Below, one piece after another: positions 56,841 through 64,000 of a stretch of DNA of 64,000 nucleotides. Source of the DNA: Bacteroidota bacterium (GTDB lineage Bacteria > Bacteroidota > Bacteroidia > Chitinophagales > Chitinophagaceae); contig JAGWUV010000023.1 of assembly GCA_028875875.1 (NCBI GenBank), positions 1,984 through 65,983 of the forward strand. Direction: 5' to 3'. How positions within the stretch are numbered: the first letter of the stretch is position 1; each line of letters starts with the position of its first letter. The position numbers were made by a program, and so were the translations under genes. Below the pieces are notes generated by a model. That model ran no database searches and was not told the DNA's origin. It worked only from the letters and a program-made list of their open reading frames with translations.

Positions 56841-58058
56841 CTATGATTTTAATACCACATGCTGTAATCCTGCTTTACGTGCCGGGATCCAGGAAGCAAA
56901 AGCTGCGATGATCAGTACGGTACTGGTAACAAGTATAAAATCTGCAACGTGTAATTGAACAGGATAATAATCAATGATAAAAGTACCCCCCGCCAATTTG
57001 ATGAATTTAAATTTCAGTTGCAGCCAGCAAACCAGCGAGGCCAGTGCAATGCCTGCGATACCGCCGATGCCCGCTAAAACAAAACCCTCACTTACAAAAA
57101 TCTTTTGAATAAAGCCATTATCTGCTCCCAGGGCTTTCAGAACGGCAATGTCTTTTTGTTTTTCCAGGATCAGCATGGTTAATGCACCGATCATATTAAA
57201 TGCGGCCACAACAAGTATCAGGGATAAAATAACATAGATCACCCAACGCTCTACATTCATCACCGTAAATAAACTCTTGTTTTGTTCATAACGGGTTTCA
57301 ACAATAAAATGCGGACCTAATAAATGATTGATGCGTTTTTTTACCTCATCGGCCTGCCCGGCATTTACAGTTTTTATTTCAACGGAAGAATATTCATTAG
57401 GCAGCATATTCAGCATGTACTTCACAAACCCCAGGTTGCTGAACACATATTTATTGTCAAAATCCTGCTGCACCATAAAAGTGCCGGAGGCTTTCAGGCT
57501 GTACGCATTAAGTGCATCCAGCGAAGCCAGGTTACTGGCATTCCTGTTGGGCACATATAGCGTAGTGGGGTAGAGACTTTTATCAATATCTATACCTACT
57601 GCATTTTCAATCCCCGCTCCAACAATCAGCTTGGGCTGGTCTGCCGTGCCTACATCAAAGTTGCCGCGAATAATATGCTGTGTGATCTTATTGGTATGCG
57701 TATAGGCTGCATCCACTCCTTTCAAAAAAACAATACTTTGGTTCTCGCCGTTGGTCAGAACTGCTTTTTCCTCAGCTATTAAACTGAGTGCAGCTACTCC
57801 CTGTATACTTTGCAATTGTTTGATCCGCCCTTCATTTAACAGCATGGTTTTACCGGAGGCGGGTGCTACCCGTATATCGGCATAAAAATCGGCATACAAA
57901 CTTTTTACCAGGTCTTCAAAGCCGTTGAACACACTCAGTACAATGATCAGTGCGGCCGTACCAACGGTAATAGCGGTTACGCTGATCCATGCAATGATAT
58001 TGATGGCATTGGTACTTTTCTTTGACTTAAAATAACGCCAGGCAAAAAGAAAATTCAT
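56841..58058 (-). CDS. FtsX-like ABC permease (LolC/LolE family)
   Basis: 405 aa with an N-terminal TM, a large periplasmic MacB-like domain and a C-terminal FtsX 3-TM bundle (AVLKALGA motif). Confidence 0.85.
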   Translation of the reverse strand: MNFLFAWRYFKSKKSTNAINIIAWISVTAITVGTAALIIVLSVFNGFEDLVKSLYADFYADIRVAPASGKTMLLNEGRIKQLQSIQGVAALSLIAEEKAVLTNGENQSIVFLKGVDAAYTHTNKITQHIIRGNFDVGTADQPKLIVGAGIENAVGIDIDKSLYPTTLYVPNRNASNLASLDALNAYSLKASGTFMVQQDFDNKYVFSNLGFVKYMLNMLPNEYSSVEIKTVNAGQADEVKKRINHLLGPHFIVETRYEQNKSLFTVMNVERWVIYVILSLILVVAAFNMIGALTMLILEKQKDIAVLKALGADNGFIQKIFVSEGFVLAGIGGIAGIALASLVCWLQLKFKFIKLAGGTFIIDYYPVQLHVADFILVTSTVLIIAAFASWIPARKAGLQHVVLKS

Positions 58059-58099
58059 GTGCGGAAAATAAGAATGGTGTTTACAGCTGCATAAAAAGC

Positions 58100-58474
58100 T
58101 TATTCTTTGTCCTTCTCGTTTCTTTCATCTTCAATTTTCTTAAAAAGCTCTTCCATCTTGAATACATAATCCAGCGTATCATCCATGTAATATTGTAAAA
58201 CGGGTATGCGTCGTAACTGGTGTTTTACTTTATCTGCCAGGTGTTTTTTTATTTCCCAGGCTTTGTCTTCAATAATCTTCATCGCCGCATTGGGGTTCTC
58301 TACCTTAAAAAGGCTTAAGTATATTCTTGCTTCCAACAGATCTGGAGTTACTTTCACGGAAGAAATAGAAACCATGCCGCCATCGATCATGGTTAAGCCC
58401 AGTCTTCTGAAAATCTCATTTAATTCTTCCTGTAAAACAGCTGCAACTTGTTTTTGGCGTTTTCCTTCCTGCAT
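58100..58474 (-). CDS. rbfA: Ribosome-binding factor A
   Basis: I take the start at ATG 58474 (MQEGKRQKQVAAVLQEELNEIF). KH-like core with VKVTPDLLEARIYLS. Confidence 0.85.
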   Translation of the reverse strand: MQEGKRQKQVAAVLQEELNEIFRRLGLTMIDGGMVSISSVKVTPDLLEARIYLSLFKVENPNAAMKIIEDKAWEIKKHLADKVKHQLRRIPVLQYYMDDTLDYVFKMEELFKKIEDERNEKDKE

Positions 58475-58562
58475 ATAACTTACTTTTACAGCCGTAAAAT
58501 TAAGCATGATTACCCGTAGCGTCAGGTATTTTATTGAGGCTGCACCTTAACAGATTTATTAC

Positions 58563-60383
58563 ATGAAGAAATACGCCAGAGTTTTCAGGTATCTCCGCTC
58601 TCATGAATTAACCATTTTTCTCTATTTCATTTATACGGTTTTATCCGTTGTATTTTCTTTACTCTCAATTGGTACTTTGCCTTTCTTTTTAAAACTGATC
58701 TTTTTAAAAGAAAAACTGGTACTTGTAAAACCACAGGGCACTTTTGATATTGTTCAGAACATCAATTACCAGATCAGCCTGCTGATACAATCCAGCGGCA
58801 CCAACGGCTATATCATAGCACTGGGATGGATTTGCATTGCCGTAGTGGTTTCTACCTTGCTGAAAAATGTGTTTTATTATTTGTCTTTGTACATTCTATC
58901 CCCCCTGAAAATATCCATCATCACCAGGCTACGGGAAGAATTGTATAATAAACTGCTGCAATTGCCCATTGGTTTTTTTACCGACCAGCGCAAAGGAGAT
59001 GTGATGAGCCGTATGACCAATGATATTGCAGAAGTAGAAGCTTCTGTAGTGGGAGTGCTCGAAGGCTTTATCAAAGACCCGCTGAACGTAATCATCATTT
59101 TAGTGGCATTGATCTGGATCAGCCCTACCTTATCACTCTTCCTGCTTTTGTTTTTACCTGTAACAGGTTTTATCATCGGGAGGATCAGTCGCTCTTTAAA
59201 AAAGCATTCCAATGCCTCTGCGGAGAAACTGGGAGAAGTGCTCTCGGTGCTCGACGAAACCCTGGGTGGCCTGCGTGTGATCAAAGCTTTTAATGCAGAG
59301 CGTTTGCTGCGTAAAAAATTTGTAGCTACCAATACCGAATTGTTTCACATCCGCAACAGTATGCAGCGCAAGCGTGACCTGGCTTCTCCCTTAAGTGAAT
59401 TCCTGGGGGTGCTGGTACTTACCGGCATTCTCTGGTTTGGCGGTAAGCTGGTGTTGAATGGCGCTCATGGCATTGAAGCTGAAGGATTTATTTTATACAT
59501 AGGATTGTTTACCCAGATCATCAATCCGGCTAAGGCGCTCTCTACTTCTTTCTATAATATGCAGAAGGGTAGTGCTGCCATCGGCAGGATCGAAGAGATC
59601 TTGCAGGCGAATATTAAGGTAGATGAAAATGAGAACGGATTGCAGATCACTTCTTTCCAAAAGTCTATCGAGTTTAAAAACGTGAGTTTTGCTTACGAGG
59701 ATAAAGTGATCCTGAAAAATATCAACCTCACCATTGAAAAAGGGAAAACCATCGCCCTGGTGGGTAGCAGTGGTGCCGGGAAAAGTACTTTGGCTGACCT
59801 GGTGCCCCGCTTTCACGATGTAAGTTCAGGGGAGTTATTGATTGATGGGATAAACATCAAAGAATATGCACTGCAAAGTGTAAGGAGTTTAATGGGGATT
59901 GTTACCCAGGAGCCGATTCTTTTCAATGATACCATTGCCAACAATATTGCATTGGGCGTAGAACATGCATCGCAGGAAGCAATTATCAATGCGGCAACAA
60001 TTGCCAATGCCCATAACTACATTTCACAAAAAGAGCATGGGTACGACACGAATATCGGCGATAGGGGTAATAAACTGAGCGGTGGCGAACGCCAGCGTTT
60101 AACCATTGCAAGGGCTGTATTGAAGAATCCGCCGATATTGATTTTGGATGAAGCCACTTCTTCTCTCGATACTGAAAGTGAACGGCTGGTGCAGGATGCC
60201 ATTAACAATATGATGCAGAACAGAACCAGTATTGTCATTGCCCACCGCCTTTCCACCATCCGCCATGCAGATGAGATCATTGTATTACAGAAAGGAGAGA
60301 TTGTGGAAAGAGGGAACCATGATAGCCTGATGGAAAAGCAGGGTATTTATCATAAACTCATAGAAATGCAGGAAGTGAAATAA
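58563..60383 (+). CDS. ABC exporter, fused permease/ATPase (MsbA-like)
   Basis: 606 aa with a 6-TM domain, then Walker [10 protein letters not shown], signature LSGGERQRL and Walker B ILILDEATS. Confidence 0.85.
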   Translation: MKKYARVFRYLRSHELTIFLYFIYTVLSVVFSLLSIGTLPFFLKLIFLKEKLVLVKPQGTFDIVQNINYQISLLIQSSGTNGYIIALGWICIAVVVSTLLKNVFYYLSLYILSPLKISIITRLREELYNKLLQLPIGFFTDQRKGDVMSRMTNDIAEVEASVVGVLEGFIKDPLNVIIILVALIWISPTLSLFLLLFLPVTGFIIGRISRSLKKHSNASAEKLGEVLSVLDETLGGLRVIKAFNAERLLRKKFVATNTELFHIRNSMQRKRDLASPLSEFLGVLVLTGILWFGGKLVLNGAHGIEAEGFILYIGLFTQIINPAKALSTSFYNMQKGSAAIGRIEEILQANIKVDENENGLQITSFQKSIEFKNVSFAYEDKVILKNINLTIEKGKTIALVGSSGAGKSTLADLVPRFHDVSSGELLIDGINIKEYALQSVRSLMGIVTQEPILFNDTIANNIALGVEHASQEAIINAATIANAHNYISQKEHGYDTNIGDRGNKLSGGERQRLTIARAVLKNPPILILDEATSSLDTESERLVQDAINNMMQNRTSIVIAHRLSTIRHADEIIVLQKGEIVERGNHDSLMEKQGIYHKLIEMQEVK

Positions 60384-60436
60384 ACTGTATTTACGGTTTT
60401 AACAGGATAGCCCCGGTCCTGGGGGATTGCAACAAT

Positions 60437-60477
60437 AAAAGATAAAGGCCACCGTAAAGTGGCCTTTATCTTTTATT
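60437..60477. terminator. Bidirectional intrinsic terminator between the ABC exporter and the DksA-like gene
   Basis: GATAAAGGCCAC-cgtaaa-GTGGCCTTTATC is flanked by AAAA on the left and TTTTATTT on the right. Confidence 0.75.
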
Positions 60478-60498
60478 TAAGTAGAAGAGAATATCTTC

Positions 60499-61371
60499 TT
60501 ATTGTTCGCTGCTGGGCTTCACCAAACCTAATTTGGCTTCCAGGCTTAATGTAGCATGTGGTACAGCACGTAACCTGGCTTTATCGATCAGTTTGCCGGT
60601 AACGCGACAAATACCATAGGTCTTGTTCTCGATCCTGATCAATGCCTTCTCCAGGTGATCAATATAAGTGATCTGCCTGCTGGCCATCTGGCTTAGCTGC
60701 TCACGTTCCATGCTCATACTGCCATCTTCCATGGTCATGTAGCGGTTTTCACTTTCATCACCCCCCATTTCATCTTTGCGGGTGATCATGCCCTGTAAAT
60801 AAGCCAGTTCTTTTTTAGCTGCTTCTAATTTTTTATTGATGAGTTCTTTGAAATCATTCAATTCTGTATCACTGTATCTCACAATCGGTTGTGCTGGTTT
60901 TTGAGTTTCTATTCTTTTTTCTAAAGGTGTATATCCTGGTTGGTAAGGAACACTTGATTTGGTAGATGTTTTTGGAACTTTTACTTCCTTGATGGGCTCC
61001 GGTTGTTTTTTTGCCGGTTTGGCAATAGGAGCCGGGGTAACGGATTTAGGTTGTACGGGTTCTTTAACCTCCACCACTTTCTTAGTCACCGGTTTTGCTT
61101 CCGGAGCAGCAGGCTTTTTTACCGGGGCCGCTTTTTTGGCGGGTGCCGCCGGTTTAGCTACTGCCGCTTTTTTAGCAGGAACCGCTTCTTTTTTTGCGGG
61201 AGCTGCCTTTTTTACCGGGGCCGCTTTTTTGGCCGGTACCGCCACCTTTTTAGCCGGAGCGGCTTTTTTTGCAGGCGTTGCTTTTTTAGCCGGAGCTGCT
61301 GCTTTCTTAGCAGGCGCAGCCTTCTTGGTTACTTTTGCCACTTTTTTGGGTGCAGGTTTTTTTGTAGGCAT
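60499..61371 (-). CDS. DksA/TraR-family protein with a long lysine/alanine/proline-rich (histone H1-like) N-terminal extension
   Basis: 290 aa. The C-terminal ~125 aa (RYSDTELNDFKELI...LIRIENKTYGICRVTGKLIDKARLRAVPHATLSLEAK) matches the short TraR/DksA protein normally found after ileS in Bacteroidota (from memory). Residues 1-95 are PAKK-type repeats. The start lies 6 nt after the ileS stop. Confidence 0.8.
   Translation of the reverse strand: MPTKKPAPKKVAKVTKKAAPAKKAAAPAKKATPAKKAAPAKKVAVPAKKAAPVKKAAPAKKEAVPAKKAAVAKPAAPAKKAAPVKKPAAPEAKPVTKKVVEVKEPVQPKSVTPAPIAKPAKKQPEPIKEVKVPKTSTKSSVPYQPGYTPLEKRIETQKPAQPIVRYSDTELNDFKELINKKLEAAKKELAYLQGMITRKDEMGGDESENRYMTMEDGSMSMEREQLSQMASRQITYIDHLEKALIRIENKTYGICRVTGKLIDKARLRAVPHATLSLEAKLGLVKPSSEQ
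61086..61371 (-). repeat. Degenerate tandem coding repeat (PAKKAA-type units)
   Basis: By my count it encodes eight PAKK and two PVKK units: KKAAPAKKAAAPAKKATPAKKAAPAKKVAVPAKKAAPVKKAAPAKKEAVPAKKAAVAKPAAPAKKAAPVKK. On the DNA it appears as GC[CT]GG-TTTTTT-type periodicity. Confidence 0.75.
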
Positions 61372-61377
61372 ACAACG

Positions 61378-64000
61378 TTATCCTTTTTTGGTTACGCGAA
61401 GTTTCAACAGACTGTCGTTTACCTCTATTTCAGTGCCGTCCTGCAATTCAGGCACCCATTCCAGACTATCTGCCAATATTTCGGCGCAAATATAGTTTTT
61501 AAATTCATTTATAGAGGGCCTGATAACCGGGTTATCAAGCACTGCTACGAATATACGGTCTGTTAATTCAAAATCGCTCTCTTTTCTAATATTTTGTACA
61601 CGATTAATGAACTCCCTTGCATTTCCTTCTTTTTGAAGGGCCTCGGTAATGGTAATATCCAATGCTACCGTTAAACTGCCTTTGGAAGCTACACTCCATC
61701 CCGGGATATCTTCTGCGGTAATTTCTACATCAGTTAATACTATGTCGTAAGTGCTGCCTTTTATCCCGATTGCTGTTTTGCCCTCTTTCTCCAGTTCAGA
61801 GATCTGCTGCTGACTGAAATTGGCGATCAAAGCGGCGGCTTCCTTCATATTAGCGCCGAGTTTCGCTCCCAGGCTCTTGAAATTGGCTTTTACCTTCTTC
61901 TTGATTACGCCTTCTGTTTCGGTAATGTATTCCAACTCCTTTACGTTCACTTCCGATTTGATCAGATCTTCTACTTTTTCCAGCTGTAGTTTCATTTCCG
62001 GGTTCAATACCGGTATCAGCACTTTCTGCAGAGGCTGGCGTACCTTGATATTCACCTTTTTACGCAGTGACAGTACCAATGAACAAACATCCTGTGCCAG
62101 CTGCATCCTTTCCTCCAAAGAACTATCAACAGCAGCTTCGTTCACTTTGGGATAATTTGCATGATGCACAGAGCTTACGTTAAACCGTTTAGTCACGGCT
62201 TCAAGATTCCTGAATACAGCATCGCTAAAGAAGGGTGAGATAGGCGCCATCAAACGAACGATGGTTTCCAGGCACTCGTATAAGGTTTGGTAGGCACAAA
62301 TTTTATCATGCTCGTACTCGCCTTTCCAGAAACGGCGGCGGCAGAGGCGTACATACCAATTACTTAAATGTTCATCTACAAACTCTTCTATCAGCCTGCC
62401 GGCAACGGTGGGTTCATAATCATCCATCGCTTCGGTGGCTTTCTTCACCAGCGTATTCAGGGAGGATAATATCCAACGGTCTATTTCCGGGCGATCCTGC
62501 AAAGGCACATAGGCCTGTTCAAAAGCAAACCCATCTACATTAGCATAAAGTGCAAAGAACTGGTAGGTATTGTACAAAGTACCAAAGAATTTACGCTGTA
62601 CTTCCTTAATACCGTCGAGATCGAACTTCAGGTTATCCCAGGGAGAAGCATTGGTAATGAGGTACCAGCGGGTAGCGTCCGCACCAAAATTTTCGATGGT
62701 TTCAAAAGGATTGACCACGTTGCCCAAACGCTTACTCATTTTGTTGCCGTTCTTATCCAGCACTAAGCCGTTTGATACCACGGTTTTATAGGCAAGGCCG
62801 GGATATTTTTCTTCCGAAACTGCCAACCCGGAGGCTTTCAGTTCTTCCTGTATGTCTTCTTTGATCAAAGAACCCAAAGCGTGTAAGGTATAGAACCAGC
62901 CACGGGTTTGGTCTACCCCCTCGGCAATAAAATCTGCCGGGTAGTTCTGTGCGAAAATCTCTTTGTTCTCAAAGGGGAAATGCCATTGGGCATAAGGCAT
63001 GGCGCCGCTGTCGAACCACACATCCACCAGGTCGGGCACCCGTTTCATCAGTTTGCCGCCGGCACTCACCAGTTCGATATCATCTACAAAAGGTTTATGC
63101 AGGTCGATCTCCAGTTTCGAATTTTGAATTTTGAGTGTTGAATTTTTATTGAAGCCTGCGGCTACTGCTTTCTCATATTCCTTTGTTAATTCTTCTATAG
63201 AGCCGATGCAGATCTCTTCACTGCCATCTTCTGTTCTCCACACCGGTAAGGCAGTACCCCAATAGCGGCTACGGCTCAGGTTCCAGTCCACCATATTCTC
63301 CAGCCAGTTGCCAAAACGGCCTTCGCCCGTGCTCTTAGGTTTCCAGTTGATGGTCTTGTTCAGTTCCACCATCCGGTTCTTTAGTTCGGTGGTTTTAATA
63401 AACCAGGCATCCAAAGGATAGTAGAGAATGGGTTTATCCGTTCTCCAGCAATGCGGGTAACTATGTTCGTATTTCTCTACTTTAAAGGCACGGTTCTCTT
63501 TTTTCAGCTTCACGCAGATGTCTACATTCACATCTACATAATTCGCATCATCCTTATAATTCTTCACATAACGGCCGCTGAACTCGCCCAGGCCATCCAC
63601 AAACTTACCCTCACGGTCTACCATGGTGAGCATCCCGATATCGTATTTCCTGCCCACTTTATAGTCGTCTGCACCAAAAGCAGGGGCCGTGTGTACGATA
63701 CCGGTACCGTCTTCAGTGGTAACGAAATCGCCGAGCAACACTTTAAATGAATTCGGATTGTCTGTTGCATTGGCCTCGTAAGGCAGTAATTGTTCGTAGC
63801 GACAACCTTCTATATCGCTGCCTTTGAAAGCAGTGATGATTTTCCAGGGAAGGATCTTTGCTTTTTCATTATACCCCTCAAAGTCGCCGTTCTCTCCCTC
63901 CGGTTTAAAGTATTTGCCCAATAAAGCTTTCGCTAATACTACATGCACGGGCAAATGTGTATAGGGGTTGAAGGTTTTCACCAGCACATACTCAATATTG
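61378..64000 (-). CDS. ileS: Isoleucyl-tRNA synthetase, C-terminal ~870 codons; partial, the N-terminus lies beyond the window end
   Basis: KMSKRLGN (the KMSKS motif), the class I editing/anticodon-binding layout and a long Bacteroidota-type C-terminal extension. The frame is open to position 64000. Confidence 0.95.
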   Translation of the reverse strand, partial: NIEYVLVKTFNPYTHLPVHVVLAKALLGKYFKPEGENGDFEGYNEKAKILPWKIITAFKGSDIEGCRYEQLLPYEANATDNPNSFKVLLGDFVTTEDGTGIVHTAPAFGADDYKVGRKYDIGMLTMVDREGKFVDGLGEFSGRYVKNYKDDANYVDVNVDICVKLKKENRAFKVEKYEHSYPHCWRTDKPILYYPLDAWFIKTTELKNRMVELNKTINWKPKSTGEGRFGNWLENMVDWNLSRSRYWGTALPVWRTEDGSEEICIGSIEELTKEYEKAVAAGFNKNSTLKIQNSKLEIDLHKPFVDDIELVSAGGKLMKRVPDLVDVWFDSGAMPYAQWHFPFENKEIFAQNYPADFIAEGVDQTRGWFYTLHALGSLIKEDIQEELKASGLAVSEEKYPGLAYKTVVSNGLVLDKNGNKMSKRLGNVVNPFETIENFGADATRWYLITNASPWDNLKFDLDGIKEVQRKFFGTLYNTYQFFALYANVDGFAFEQAYVPLQDRPEIDRWILSSLNTLVKKATEAMDDYEPTVAGRLIEEFVDEHLSNWYVRLCRRRFWKGEYEHDKICAYQTLYECLETIVRLMAPISPFFSDAVFRNLEAVTKRFNVSSVHHANYPKVNEAAVDSSLEERMQLAQDVCSLVLSLRKKVNIKVRQPLQKVLIPVLNPEMKLQLEKVEDLIKSEVNVKELEYITETEGVIKKKVKANFKSLGAKLGANMKEAAALIANFSQQQISELEKEGKTAIGIKGSTYDIVLTDVEITAEDIPGWSVASKGSLTVALDITITEALQKEGNAREFINRVQNIRKESDFELTDRIFVAVLDNPVIRPSINEFKNYICAEILADSLEWVPELQDGTEIEVNDSLLKLRVTKKG

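Noticed and set aside
60959-61566. Two plus-strand ORFs (178 and 187 aa) rich in G/A/F/L or R/F/C
   Set aside because: They are antisense read-throughs of the PAKK coding repeat and the ileS 3' end. The repetitive low-complexity translation is a by-product of the repeat, and both real genes on the minus strand are strongly supported.
1-64000. Search for CRISPR arrays, transposases, integrases, phage genes, restriction-modification or toxin-antitoxin pairs
   Set aside because: I recognised no regularly spaced direct repeats and no such ORFs. Every ORF above about 100 codons that is not antisense to another gene is assigned to a housekeeping or envelope function, or to a single hypothetical.

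Overview
This is a dense, almost entirely housekeeping chromosomal segment of a Bacteroidota genome. Supporting signs are gldF/gldG gliding genes, an exbB-exbD-exbD-tonB cluster, futalosine menaquinone genes, TTTG/TAnnTTTG promoter boxes and no Shine-Dalgarno signals. My class-level guess is Chitinophagia or Sphingobacteriia, which cannot be proven from this window. I can support about 60 protein genes, one tRNA-Leu(UAG), about 20 intrinsic terminators, three promoter-box pairs and a few repeats. I recognised no transposase, integrase, phage, CRISPR, restriction-modification or toxin-antitoxin genes, so I see no classical accessory island or defence system. The items most worth a second look are listed below.
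1. A DksA/TraR-like protein carries a ~160-residue histone-H1-like PAKK-repeat N-terminus (60499-61371).
2. A ~30-nt motif recurs just after the stop codons of three unrelated minus-strand genes (20899, 28074, 33305).
3. Two tandem TonB paralogues differ almost only in the membrane anchor.
4. An unlisted 33-codon membrane-peptide ORF is start/stop-overlapped with rnc at the end of the acpP-fabF-rnc chain.
5. A non-coding tract of about half G+C with nested hairpins follows an orphan transketolase N-terminal subunit.
6. tRNA-Leu sits 26 nt upstream of tig.
7. A perfect 31-bp palindrome lies in a 597-bp AT-rich spacer.
All family assignments come from motif recognition and memory, not from searches.
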